A stretch of DNA of 64,000 bases from Nanobdellota archaeon (GTDB taxonomy: Archaea; Nanobdellota; Nanobdellia; Pacearchaeales; GW2011-AR1): NCBI GenBank assembly GCA_038045945.1, contig JBBSXC010000001.1, forward strand, positions 75,680 through 139,679, written 5' to 3'. This document shows positions 8,715 to 18,226 of this stretch, piece after piece. Position numbers and translations under genes: made by a program. The notes under the pieces were generated by a model that saw only the letters and a program-made list of their open reading frames with translations, was not told where the DNA came from and made no database searches. The number at the start of each line of letters is the position of its first letter. Position 1 is the stretch's first letter.

Positions 8715-9692
8715 ATGGATGATCAGCCCAAAATTGAGGTGAATAAAGTAGAGGTGAGTAGTACTGTTCTTGATAGTATGAATCAGGACGAGGTTTACGG
8801 TCTTCTTCTTGATAATGAGGTTGGTTGGCAGGCTATTCTTTATGATTTGATTAATACTGAGCGGCTTGATCCTTGGAATCTTGATCTTGTTGCTCTTACT
8901 CAGAAGTATTTGGAGAAGGTTAGGATTCTTGAGGAGGCTAACTTCTTTATTTCTTCTAATATTATTCTTGCTGCTTCTTTGCTTCTTAGGATTAAGTCTG
9001 AGATTCTTCTTGACCATTATATTCCTTCTCTTGATGCTATTCTTTATGGTAAGAAGGATGAGGAGAAGAAGTCTTTGGAGAGGATTCATATTGATGAGTC
9101 GCAGCTTCCTTTGATTTATCCTAGGAGTCCTATGCCTAGGAACCGTCAGGTTACTCTTTCTGAGCTTGTTAGTGCTCTTTCTCATGCTATTAAGACTGAG
9201 AATAGGCGTATTCGTAAGGAGCTTATTATTAGGTCTGCTAGGCGTGAAACTGATATTGTTTTTCCTAAGATGAAGATTCGTATTCAGGATCGTATTAGGC
9301 AGATTTATGCTAAGATTCTTTCTAAATTCCAACAAAAGAAGGAGCGTATTCCTTATTCTGATATTGCTTCTGGTCGTGAGGATCGTATTGCTGGTTTTTT
9401 GCCTGTTCTTCATCTTGATAACCAACAGAAGGTTTTTTTGCAGCAGGAGGCTCATTATGAGGAGATTTATGTTTGGGTTTACAAGCATTATAAGGAATTG
9501 AATCCTCATGTTGTTTCTGCCGAATTAGAAGAGGTTGATTCTTCTGAGATTGCTAATCACGAGCAACTTGAAAATTTTGATGCTCAGGAGCAGGAAATTA
9601 TTGATGAACTAAACAAGTCTAGCAAGCTTTCTGATAAGACTGGTTTTGATAATCCTTTAGGTAATTTGCTTAGTGAATCGGGTGCAGAATAA
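8715..9692 (+). CDS. scpA: segregation/condensation protein A (kleisin)
   Basis: LDPWNLDLVAL..KYL, AASLLLRIKSEIL, VTLSELVSAL, FLPVLHL..QQKV.L.Q. Confidence 0.9.
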   Translation: MDDQPKIEVNKVEVSSTVLDSMNQDEVYGLLLDNEVGWQAILYDLINTERLDPWNLDLVALTQKYLEKVRILEEANFFISSNIILAASLLLRIKSEILLDHYIPSLDAILYGKKDEEKKSLERIHIDESQLPLIYPRSPMPRNRQVTLSELVSALSHAIKTENRRIRKELIIRSARRETDIVFPKMKIRIQDRIRQIYAKILSKFQQKKERIPYSDIASGREDRIAGFLPVLHLDNQQKVFLQQEAHYEEIYVWVYKHYKELNPHVVSAELEEVDSSEIANHEQLENFDAQEQEIIDELNKSSKLSDKTGFDNPLGNLLSESGAE

Positions 9693-9696
9693 TTTT

Positions 9697-10857
9697 TTAT
9701 TCTAATAATTCTTTTTCTCCTACTTTTTCTTCTTTTCCGCTTGTTAGGTCTTTTATTGTGAACTTTTTTTCTTTTATTTCCTTTTCACCTATGAATACTG
9801 CTTTGTTTATACTGTAGGAATTTGCGTATTCTAGTGCTTTGCTTGGTTTTCCGTAGAATATTACGCATGATTTTCCTTGTGATCTTAATTTTTTTGTTAT
9901 TTCTATTGTTTTTTCGTCTTGGTTTAGTGATACTACTAAGTATTGTGTTTTTGGTAATGGGATTTCTGCTAATACGCTTAGTCTTTCTATGCTTGTTCCA
10001 AAGCCGATGCCTTCAATATTGCCTATGATGTATCTTCCGCCGCCTAGTATTGTTTGTTTCATAACTTTAGATTTTATTTCAAAAATTGTTCCTGTGTAAT
10101 AGCTAAGTCCTCTGGCTAGTGATGGGAGGAATTGTACTTCGAATCCGAATTGCTTGCAATATTCTTTTACTTCTTTTATTTCAGAGTAGTTTTTGTATTT
10201 TTCAAAGTAACTTTCTGGTTTGCTAAATATTTTTATTAATGATTCAGCACCGAATTTTTTAAGGTTTTTTGTTACTTCTTCGTCTGTTAGTTTGTCTAAT
10301 TTGTCTATTTCTCTTATTACTTGTTTTCTGTCTTCTTCTTTTATTCCCTCTCCTGAGAGTATTTCGTCAATTAGTTTTCTATTGTTAAAGTATATGTTTA
10401 CTTCCCCTAAATTAAGTTTTTTTGTTATTTGGTTTGCCACGGATAATATTTCTGCGTCGCTTTTTATGTTAGAGTCTATTATGTCTACTTCGCATGTTGT
10501 AAACTGTCTAGTCCTGTTTTCTGCTACAGGTTCATCTCGGAATACTGGCCCTATTTGGTATCTTCTGTAAGGTAATTTTTTTCCTTGGGCTATTCTTTTA
10601 AGTTGGAATGTGAACTCGTATCTTAATGCTAGTTTTCTTTTCCCTTTGTCTGTAAGTTTGTATGTGTCGCTTACTGCTTCATCCGATGGGTTGTCTCCTC
10701 TCACGAATTCTTCATCCTCAATTATTGGTGTTTCTGCTGGTTCGAATCCGTAACTTCTAAAGATGTCCTCAACGATTCTTTGTGTTTCTTGACGCTTAAG
10801 AGCTTCTAGGCCAGTATAGTCTCTAAATCCTTTAACTGGTTCTTTTATGTTTGTCAT
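9697..10857 (-). CDS. hisS: histidyl-tRNA synthetase
   Basis: KGFRD, ALRYEFT, RRYQIGPVFRDE, RQFTTCEVD, LARGLSYYTG, GGGRY; start moved to ATG 10857 (SD GGTGA) because the longer ORF overlaps tRNA-His. Confidence 0.93.
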   Translation of the reverse strand: MTNIKEPVKGFRDYTGLEALKRQETQRIVEDIFRSYGFEPAETPIIEDEEFVRGDNPSDEAVSDTYKLTDKGKRKLALRYEFTFQLKRIAQGKKLPYRRYQIGPVFRDEPVAENRTRQFTTCEVDIIDSNIKSDAEILSVANQITKKLNLGEVNIYFNNRKLIDEILSGEGIKEEDRKQVIREIDKLDKLTDEEVTKNLKKFGAESLIKIFSKPESYFEKYKNYSEIKEVKEYCKQFGFEVQFLPSLARGLSYYTGTIFEIKSKVMKQTILGGGRYIIGNIEGIGFGTSIERLSVLAEIPLPKTQYLVVSLNQDEKTIEITKKLRSQGKSCVIFYGKPSKALEYANSYSINKAVFIGEKEIKEKKFTIKDLTSGKEEKVGEKELLE

Positions 10858-10883
10858 TTTTTCACCTTTTTTGTGATTTTGAA

Positions 10884-10955
10884 AGCGGAAGGAGGGAGTT
10901 GAACCCTCGTCTCGAGAGCCACAGTCTCGCATACTACCGTTGTACTACAACCGCC
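10884..10955 (-). tRNA. tRNA-His(GTG) with encoded G-1
   Basis: Anticodon arm CGAGA-CTGTGGC-TCTCG; T arm GAGGG-TTCAACT-CCCTC. Confidence 0.88.
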
Positions 10956-11137
10956 ATATTTATTACACTTACGAGTAAGTGATTGTGAGGGTATAAAAGA
11001 ATTGCTATTTGTTATGAAGTTGAAACTAGGGTTTTCTTTACTGCGAACAATGATTAAACTCCTGTAGTTTTGTGTTCATAGTATTGTTAGTGTTTTATCA
11101 GTTTATAAAATTATTGTTTGGAAATTCTTGTAGATTT

Positions 11138-11437
11138 TCAAGCCACAAAATTCAAAGAATTTTGATGTTTAGTAATGTTTGTAGTTGTTGTTTCTAATAA
11201 TAAGAGTTTTTCACCTTTGGGCACTTGTTTTATTTTGTATTCTAGTTTTGATGCTTCTGATCTGTTTCCTGCTGTTTTTACCAGTAATAGTTTTCCGTAC
11301 CCTTTTCTTTTTACATATTTGCTTCCGCGTCCGTTTATGTGTGCTTTCATTCTTTTTTCCAGGTTATTTGTTATTCCTGTATAATAAGTCCCATCTAAGC
11401 ATTCTATTATGTAAACGCACCAATCTTTTTTTATCAT
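11138..11437 (-). CDS. GIY-YIG nuclease family protein (YazA/YhbQ-like)
   Basis: VYIIEC.DGTYYTGITNNLEKR...H..G.GSKY, EA.KLE..IK. Confidence 0.9.
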   Translation of the reverse strand: MIKKDWCVYIIECLDGTYYTGITNNLEKRMKAHINGRGSKYVKRKGYGKLLLVKTAGNRSEASKLEYKIKQVPKGEKLLLLETTTTNITKHQNSLNFVA

Positions 11438-11551
11438 TTATTTAGTCGATTTTTTTGATGATGCTGCTATTACTCTTTTCTTTGCTTTTTTTACTCCACG
11501 CATTCTTCTTGTCATGGATCTGTGTTTGTGTGCTGCGTATCTTCTTCCCAT
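11438..11551 (-). CDS. 37-aa highly basic small protein (absent from the ORF track)
   Basis: MGRRYAAHKHRSMTRRMRGVKKAKKRVIAASSKKSTK; TTTATAA about 24 nt upstream; its TAA abuts the next ATG. Confidence 0.65.
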   Translation of the reverse strand: MGRRYAAHKHRSMTRRMRGVKKAKKRVIAASSKKSTK

Positions 11552-11608
11552 GTTTTTTCTTAAGAAATGGTGCCTTATAAAGTTTTAGAAGAGGGATCCA
11601 GAGTTTTT

Positions 11609-12457
11609 TTATGTTGTTATTATTGTTTGGTTTGCTAGCTTGTTTATTACTGGTACGAAGTATTCTGCTGGTAGTGCGAACCCTATGTTTTCTGCTTCTC
11701 CTACTTTGAAGTTGTTTATTCCTACTACTTTTCCGTCTTGGTCTATTAGCGGTCCTCCCGAGTTTCCCGGGTTTAGTGCTACGTCTGTTTGTATATATCT
11801 TGCTGGGCTTGAGCTTACTTGTCTGTCTAGCGAGCTTATTATTCCTTGTGTTACTGAGAATGATAATCCTAATGGGTTTCCTATTGCTATTACTTTTTCT
11901 CCTACTTTTGGTTCCTTGTTTAGTTCAAGTGGTTCGTAAGTTGTTTGTACTCTTAGTAGTGCTACATCCATTTTTTGGTCGTACCCTACTAGTTCTGCGT
12001 ATTCTGAGTTTTTGTTTGAGTCTATTATTTGTGTGTATCTTCCCCCTTCTAGTACGTGCGCGTTTGTTACTATGTAGCTTTCTCCGTTCACCTTAGCTAT
12101 TACAAATCCTGTTCCTTGCCCTACGTCTGTTTTTATGCTTAGTACACTCACGATTGATTGTTCTATTACTCCTGAGAAGTCATCTGTTGTGTGTGCTTTT
12201 AGTATGTTTATTTCTGCTTTTATTGTTGATTGTGTTTGTACTAGCGCGTTTGATAAATCGCTTATTTTTGTTTGTGCGTCTAGACTGTTCGTCGCTATTG
12301 TTTTCTTTATTTCGTTTATGCTTTCGTTTAATGCGTTGCTTATTTGTTTGTTGTTTTGGTAGAAGTATGTGAATGTTACTATTTGTGTTATTAGTAGTAC
12401 ACCGATTATTGTGTATAGTAATATTATGTGTGTGTTTTTATTATAAGCCATAAGCAT
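11609..12457 (-). CDS. HtrA/DegP-like trypsin protease, membrane-anchored, no PDZ domain
   Basis: GTGF, TNAHV, DVAL, AIGNPLG, QTD..LNPGNSGGPL. Confidence 0.9.
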   Translation of the reverse strand: MLMAYNKNTHIILLYTIIGVLLITQIVTFTYFYQNNKQISNALNESINEIKKTIATNSLDAQTKISDLSNALVQTQSTIKAEINILKAHTTDDFSGVIEQSIVSVLSIKTDVGQGTGFVIAKVNGESYIVTNAHVLEGGRYTQIIDSNKNSEYAELVGYDQKMDVALLRVQTTYEPLELNKEPKVGEKVIAIGNPLGLSFSVTQGIISSLDRQVSSSPARYIQTDVALNPGNSGGPLIDQDGKVVGINNFKVGEAENIGFALPAEYFVPVINKLANQTIITT

Positions 12458-12583
12458 TTTTTGTTGTTTTTGCTTTAAAAGAGTTATGAAGATAGAATAC
12501 TTTCAAAAAAATTCTTTATTTGAACATTTTCTTCAAAGTTTTAGAAATTTTATTATTATAAGACTTGAGCATAATCCTTTTTT

Positions 12584-13324
12584 TTATATTCCTAAATCCT
12601 TTGCTATTTTGTCTGCCGCGATTATTTCCGGTATTGTTACTATTTCTGCTCCCGCTCTTTTTAGTTTTGATACCATCCCCGGACTTTCGCATCTTGAGTG
12701 TACTTCTATTTTTGGGTTTAGTTCTTTTGCTGTTAGCGTTAGTAGTATGTTTGTTTCTGTTTTTGGTAGTGTTAGTATTATTTTTGCTGCTTTTTCTATA
12801 TTTGCTGCCTTTAGTGCTTCGTCGTTTTGTGCGTCTCCTTTAACAACCAAGTATTTTTTCTTTCTTAGTTGCGATACCATTTTTTGTTCCGATTCTATGA
12901 TTAAGAAGTCTCTATTCTTTGTTTTTAGTACTCTTGCTATTTCTTCTCCCACTCTCCCACCCCCCACTATTATTATGTGGTTTTTCATCTTCATCACTTT
13001 TGATATGGATATTCTTCTTTTTAAATACTCTCTGACCTTTCCCTCGAGGATTAAGTCTGCTATGCTCCATAATACCCACCACACTAAGAATACTCCTACT
13101 ATTGCTAGTGTCATCTCCATGAATCTTTCTGGTATTGTGCTATCATCATTGAACATGAATGCTAATGTGTGCGTTGTTCTGTATAATGATGCACTTATTG
13201 TTTCTTCTGATGTTACTCTAAAACCTATTGTTCCAAAAACGAATAAGAATAGTATCACCCAAAAAAATATTCTTAATCTTTTTGGTAATTCTTCTATTTC
13301 TTTTATTCCTGCCCCTTTTGACAT
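12584..13324 (-). CDS. MthK-like 2-TM channel with TrkA-N (RCK) domain and atypical pore
   Basis: HIIIVGGGRVG Rossmann motif, GDA....L..A.IE.A, L.AKELNP; two TM helices; no TVGYG. Confidence 0.8.
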   Translation of the reverse strand: MSKGAGIKEIEELPKRLRIFFWVILFLFVFGTIGFRVTSEETISASLYRTTHTLAFMFNDDSTIPERFMEMTLAIVGVFLVWWVLWSIADLILEGKVREYLKRRISISKVMKMKNHIIIVGGGRVGEEIARVLKTKNRDFLIIESEQKMVSQLRKKKYLVVKGDAQNDEALKAANIEKAAKIILTLPKTETNILLTLTAKELNPKIEVHSRCESPGMVSKLKRAGAEIVTIPEIIAADKIAKDLGI

Positions 13325-13419
13325 GTTATTGCTATTTTTTCCCCTCCTTCTAAATTAACTAAAACCTCCATAGTTTAAAAGCCCTTTTATAAAAAATAGA
13401 ACAAATAAATAATATAGAA

Positions 13420-13492
13420 CGCCCCCACCGGGATTCGAACCCGGGTTACCAGCTCGAAAGGCTAGTGTCCTTGGCCTCTAGACGATAAGGGC
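13420..13492 (-). tRNA. tRNA-Glu(TTC)
   Basis: Cloverleaf with CTAGC-CTTTCGA-GCTGG anticodon arm and CCGGG-TTCGAAT-CCCGG T arm. Confidence 0.93.
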
Positions 13493-13545
13493 ATTAAAGA
13501 GATAATAAGAAATACGTTTTTAAAGGTTTGGAGTGATAAATTTTT

Positions 13546-13980
13546 TTATTTTGTTTGAACTTTTTCTGTGTAAGCTACAGATGCTACATTTCCTGATACT
13601 ACTTTATTAAATGTTGATGCAATTAGTTCTAACTCTTCTCTTTGGCCGTTTATTAATGCTAAAGGTGATTTGTTTAGGTATAATAATCCAGAGTATCTTT
13701 CTAAGTCTCCTTCTATTGAGGGATTTAGTGGTAGTTCTGTGTATGATTCTGCTTTTAGTTCTAATGATCTCATTGAGTTTACACCTCTTATTTCTACACT
13801 TTCAACCCACGAGTCTTCTTTTCTATGCTCGCCTTTATAGAATTCTTCTGTTCTTCTTCCAGAAATTCTTACTTCTCTATTATTAACTCTTGCAAGACGA
13901 CTAAGAGAATCTGTAAGTTGTCTTCTTGTGATGCCATATGAGAAATTAATCCTTGCTACTACTTCTGATGGATTTTTCAT
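13546..13980 (-). CDS. hypothetical protein
   Basis: 144-aa ORF, ATG start, TATA-like element upstream. Confidence 0.55.
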   Translation of the reverse strand: MKNPSEVVARINFSYGITRRQLTDSLSRLARVNNREVRISGRRTEEFYKGEHRKEDSWVESVEIRGVNSMRSLELKAESYTELPLNPSIEGDLERYSGLLYLNKSPLALINGQREELELIASTFNKVVSGNVASVAYTEKVQTK

Positions 13981-14035
13981 AATGAATAATTATAATAATC
14001 CTTTTTTAAGATTAGTGGTGACTGTTTTCTACTGT

Positions 14036-14419
14036 TTATAGCTTCATCATTTTTGCGAATTTTCCTACTATTGGTACATTTCTGTATTCGCCTTTTATTG
14101 CGTAGAACCAGCTCAAGACCCACAGTAGTACTGCTATAACGTATACTATTGGTCCGATGATCCATCCGAATCCAGGTATGCTTACAGCTACTGCTGATAT
14201 TAGGTATACTATGAATATCATTAGTGATTGTTTAGCGTAGAACATTACGTAGTGGTCTCTTCTTCTTACTAGTAGTGCTATGAAGAATCCTACTATGCTG
14301 AAGAATGTTGCTATGAATGCGAATAGTTTGCTGTCATCGTTAAGCACCAGGTTTATTCTTGATTCAATTCCTGCTAAACCTTTTTCTTCCTTCTTTTTTG
14401 TGTTTCTTCTTTTTGCCAT
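14036..14419 (-). CDS. DUF4870-like membrane protein
   Basis: YVMFYAKQSL, three TM helices, A.KGE...VPIVG. Confidence 0.75.
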   Translation of the reverse strand: MAKRRNTKKKEEKGLAGIESRINLVLNDDSKLFAFIATFFSIVGFFIALLVRRRDHYVMFYAKQSLMIFIVYLISAVAVSIPGFGWIIGPIVYVIAVLLWVLSWFYAIKGEYRNVPIVGKFAKMMKL

Positions 14420-14425
14420 TGTTTA

Positions 14426-14740
14426 TTATTTTTTGTGTGTTTCTCTTATTAGTTTAATTCCTGTTACTATTCCCCATATCCATGCTGCTGTTGGTGCTAT
14501 AATTATTATTGGCACTCCTAGGGCTATTCCTACTCCGCTGATTATTAGCATTGTTCCTAAAAGTAGTCCTCCGAGGATTATTGCTATTTGCCATACTCCT
14601 TCTTTTATTTTTCCAGCTATTAGGCTTCCTAATCCTGGTAAGATTATTATGTTAAGTATTAGTGCTAGAATTGCTATGCTTTGTTCGTGATTAGCGTTGT
14701 TAATAGATTCTTTACCACCACTCTTTTTCTTTGCAGTCAT
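14426..14740 (-). CDS. small membrane protein (TM2-like)
   Basis: ALILNIIILPGLGSLIAGK..EG..Q motif and hydrophobic helices. Confidence 0.65.
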   Translation of the reverse strand: MTAKKKSGGKESINNANHEQSIAILALILNIIILPGLGSLIAGKIKEGVWQIAIILGGLLLGTMLIISGVGIALGVPIIIIAPTAAWIWGIVTGIKLIRETHKK

Positions 14741-14815
14741 GAAAATTGTAAGATTTAGTAGTATTTAAATATTAATACTGAAGAAAAATTGTTATTTTTT
14801 TATAAGAAATTAGAA

Positions 14816-14953
14816 TGAGCCTATGCGGATTTGAACCGCAGACCTCCGGCTTTCTTAGCACGTATATGCCACTAAAGCATTAGTTCGCTCAAGTTGCTTG
14901 AGAGAACAACGTCTTATAAGACCGGCGTTCTAACCGGGCTGAACTATAGGCTC
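14816..14953 (-). tRNA. tRNA-Ile(TAT) with a 63-nt intron at 37/38 (14852-14914)
   Basis: CCGGT-CTTATA|intron|A-GCCGG; canonical bulge-helix-bulge (CTTA/TAAG helix, TAA and AAA bulges); perfect acceptor stem GAGCCTA/TAGGCTC. Confidence 0.9.
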
Positions 14954-15135
14954 ATTCCCTAAAACCCATATCGCTACTAGCTAAAAAAGTGAAGTAAAAA
15001 ACTCTATTTAAAGGTATTGTCCAGGTTCTTCACTTAACCTTTTCCCAATCCTCAATTCTGCCCTTAACAACTGCAAATAAGGTGTTATTTTCAGGTATGA
15101 AGAACTTTTTTGTTATTTTTTCTTTAAGGAAACCT

Positions 15136-15456
15136 TTATTTTTTATCAATAAATTTTGAGAATTCTCTAACTACTTTTCTAAACTTTTTTGTGTGCCCTC
15201 TTTTAGAGCCGCTTATTTGTCTGCTGTAGGCGTGGGCTAATTCATGTATTAATGTATTTATTTGTGATAATAAAGAGTTATTCTCTCCTATTGATATTAT
15301 CCTTTTTTTTATTTTGTAGTATCCCTTAACTTCTCTTTTTTTGTGGAATCCGTCAAAAAGGTTTATTTCTTTTATTACTAGTTTTCCTTTACAAAATTTT
15401 TTGTTAATTAGAAGTGTTATCTTCTTAAAAAGTAAGATTTTTTCTTTATTCTCCAT
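15136..15456 (-). CDS. small zinc metallopeptidase (SprT/ImmA-like)
   Basis: TLIHELAH followed by GH..KF. Confidence 0.7.
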   Translation of the reverse strand: MENKEKILLFKKITLLINKKFCKGKLVIKEINLFDGFHKKREVKGYYKIKKRIISIGENNSLLSQINTLIHELAHAYSRQISGSKRGHTKKFRKVVREFSKFIDKK

Positions 15457-15563
15457 TGTTATTGTAATGTTTTTCTCGTATAAAAGGGCTTTTGTTGGAC
15501 CGTTTTTTTAATTGATAATGAGTTATAGGATAGTTTTTAATACTAAGATTAAGAAATAATTTT

Positions 15564-16748
15564 ATGTTAATAGGACTTGTTGGTGCCCCTAATGTTGGTA
15601 AAAGTACTTTTTTTAAGGCTGCTACTTTAGCTGATGTTTTAATAGCTAATTATCCTTTTGCTACTATAAAGCCTAATCATGGAGTAGCTTATGTTCGTAT
15701 TGATTGTATTGATAAAGAATTAGGCGCTAAGTGTAATCCTCGTGAGGGTTATTGTGTTGATGGTCAACGTTTTGTTCCTTGTGAATTAATGGATGTTGCT
15801 GGTTTAGTTCCTGATGCTTCTAAGGGTAAGGGTTTGGGTAATCAGTTTTTAGATGATTTGCGTCAGGCTGATGCTTTTATTCAAATTGTTGATTTGTCTG
15901 GTAAGAATAATGAAGAAGGTAAGGCTGTTGATGATTATTATCCTGGTAACAGTATTGCTTTTTTGGAGAAGGAGTTAGATTTGTGGTATTTGGGAATTCT
16001 CAAAAAGGTTTGGCCTGTTTTTGTTCGTACTGCTGAGATGCAAAAGCAGAATTTTGCTCAGGCTGTAACAAAACAGTTTTCAGGGCTGAAAGTAACTGAG
16101 GATGATGTTAAGAAAGTTTTGTTAAAGACGGGTTTAGACCCCCTTCATCCAACTAAGTGGTCTGATGATGAATTAATGAAGTTTTCAAACATGCTTCGGT
16201 CTTTGACTAAGCCTATGATTATTGTTGGTAACAAGATTGATTCAGCTAAGGGTAAGGAGAATTATGATAAGATTAAGAAGGATTTTTCTTATGAGGTTAT
16301 TCCAGTATCAGCTGAGAGTGAATTAGCTTTGCGTGAAGCATCAAAGAATGGAATAATAGATTATGTTCCTGGCGATAAGGACTTTATTATAAAAGATGAG
16401 TCTAAACTTACTGATAAGCAAAGAATGGCTCTAAAGTTTGTTAAAGAAAAAATTCTTGACGTTTATGGCTCGACCGGTGTTCAAAAAGTTCTTAACATGG
16501 TAGTTTTTGATTTGTTAAAGTATATCGCTGTTTTCCCTGCTGGTACAAAAAAGTTAGCTGATAGTAAAGGAAATATTTTACCAGATTGTTATTTGATTCC
16601 TTCAGGTAGTACTGCTTTAGATTTTGCTTTTAAGCTTCATACTGATTTAGGTAAAAACTTTATTAGAGCAATTGACGTTAGAACTAAACAAACTGTTGGT
16701 AAAGATCACAAACTTAAAAATCGTGATGGTATTGAGATAGTAACTTAA
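15564..16748 (+). CDS. ychF: YchF/Obg-family NTPase (archaeal type, TGS domain)
   Basis: GAPNVGKSTFF, NYPFATI.PN, DVAGLVP.A..GKGLGNQFL, NKID. Confidence 0.93.
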   Translation: MLIGLVGAPNVGKSTFFKAATLADVLIANYPFATIKPNHGVAYVRIDCIDKELGAKCNPREGYCVDGQRFVPCELMDVAGLVPDASKGKGLGNQFLDDLRQADAFIQIVDLSGKNNEEGKAVDDYYPGNSIAFLEKELDLWYLGILKKVWPVFVRTAEMQKQNFAQAVTKQFSGLKVTEDDVKKVLLKTGLDPLHPTKWSDDELMKFSNMLRSLTKPMIIVGNKIDSAKGKENYDKIKKDFSYEVIPVSAESELALREASKNGIIDYVPGDKDFIIKDESKLTDKQRMALKFVKEKILDVYGSTGVQKVLNMVVFDLLKYIAVFPAGTKKLADSKGNILPDCYLIPSGSTALDFAFKLHTDLGKNFIRAIDVRTKQTVGKDHKLKNRDGIEIVT

Positions 16749-16811
16749 GAATTCTTCTTTAGTTTCTTTTGCACATAAATCTTTTAATACGTATTAATCA
16801 TTATCCTAATT

Positions 16812-18185
16812 ATGAGTTTTGATGAAAAGTTAGATCATTATGTTAATGGTATGGTTGATTCTTATTCTAGTGAGTTGTGTGATTTGGTTAATATTCCAAG
16901 CGTATCAAACGATCCTACAAAGAAGGATGATTTACAAAGAATTTTGTTAAGAGTTAGTGAAATCGTTCAGCCTATTGGTTTTGTTACCCAAATTGTTCCA
17001 ACAAAGGGTAATCCTGCTATGATAGCAACACTAAAAATTAGTGATGATAAACCCTGGCTTATGATTTATAATCATATGGATGTTCAGCCTGCTAATGAGC
17101 CTGAGTGGAAGACTCAAGCGTTCACCGCTACTATTACTAACGGTAAAATTATTGGTAGAGGTAGTACTGATGATAAGGGTCCTGCTCTTTCAGTTATTCA
17201 TGCTATAAAGTTTTTGAAAGATAATAATCATGATTTGCCTAATATTCAACTGGTTTATGAAACTGAGGAAGAAATTGGTTCTCCCAATTTTGGTTCTTTT
17301 ATTGAAGAAAACCTTAAGATTGGTAAACTCATGATTCCTTCATCAATTCTTGTTTCTGATACTATTTTTGAGGGTGATAGTCCTAGTATTTCTTATAAGC
17401 TTAGGGGTGTTGTTAGGGCTTTTGTTACTCTTCAGACTGCTGATAAGGAAGTTCATTCTGGAATGGCTGGTGGTATTGCTAAGAATCCACTTAAGATTTT
17501 GATTAAGGCTCTTAATTCTTGTTATGAGGAAAATAATATTTTGATTCCTGGTTGGCATGATGGGATAATACCATTAACTGATAAGGAGAAGGAATCAACG
17601 AAGAAGGCTTCAACATCGCTAATTATTGAGAAGTTTAAGAGTGATTTAGGATTGCTTGAAACTCATACTGATAACTCGCAAGAGGCTATTATGAGGCTTT
17701 GGCATCAGCCTACTTTTGAGGTTCATGGCTTTGAGGGTGCTCAGCATTTGCCTGGTTCTATTAAGACTGCTATTCCTAAGTCTGTTACTGCTAAACTCAC
17801 CATGAGGATTGTTCCAGGTCAAGATGTTGATAACTTGTTATTTCTCTTAGGCGAGCATTTGAGGAATACTCATCCTGGAATAATTGTTAGAGGTGATGGT
17901 CTTCCAGCATCAATTACTGATATTAATAATCCTTTTGTTAAGAGGGCTGAGCAAGCATGTCTTTACGGTTTTGGTAAGGAGCCTTTGTTTGTTGGTTGTG
18001 GTGGCTCTATTGGTGCTGTTACAGAATTTCAGAGATTACTTGAGGGTGTTCCAGTTGTCTTAATCGCTCAATCTCTTCTTTCTGATGGTTATCATGCTCC
18101 TAATGAAGAATTTCGTTTAACTCAGGCTCAGGCTGGTTGTAAAACAATGGCTAAGTATATTAGTAGTATTGCGTTAATGAGGTAA
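16812..18185 (+). CDS. M20 family metallopeptidase (dipeptidase-like)
   Basis: YNHMDVQPA, GRG.TDDKG, EEEIGS, HSG, GGSI, HAPNE. Confidence 0.9.
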   Translation: MSFDEKLDHYVNGMVDSYSSELCDLVNIPSVSNDPTKKDDLQRILLRVSEIVQPIGFVTQIVPTKGNPAMIATLKISDDKPWLMIYNHMDVQPANEPEWKTQAFTATITNGKIIGRGSTDDKGPALSVIHAIKFLKDNNHDLPNIQLVYETEEEIGSPNFGSFIEENLKIGKLMIPSSILVSDTIFEGDSPSISYKLRGVVRAFVTLQTADKEVHSGMAGGIAKNPLKILIKALNSCYEENNILIPGWHDGIIPLTDKEKESTKKASTSLIIEKFKSDLGLLETHTDNSQEAIMRLWHQPTFEVHGFEGAQHLPGSIKTAIPKSVTAKLTMRIVPGQDVDNLLFLLGEHLRNTHPGIIVRGDGLPASITDINNPFVKRAEQACLYGFGKEPLFVGCGGSIGAVTEFQRLLEGVPVVLIAQSLLSDGYHAPNEEFRLTQAQAGCKTMAKYISSIALMR

Positions 18186-18226
18186 TTACAATAATTTTTA
18201 TAAAGTGAAACAATCATTTTTTTGTT

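Noticed and set aside
10858-10932. N-terminal extension of HisRS in the ORF track
   Set aside because: Overlaps tRNA-His; ATG 10857 has an SD and matches the family N-terminus
11038-11079. 13-codon minus-strand ORF behind a TATA-like element
   Set aside because: Too short to support from sequence alone
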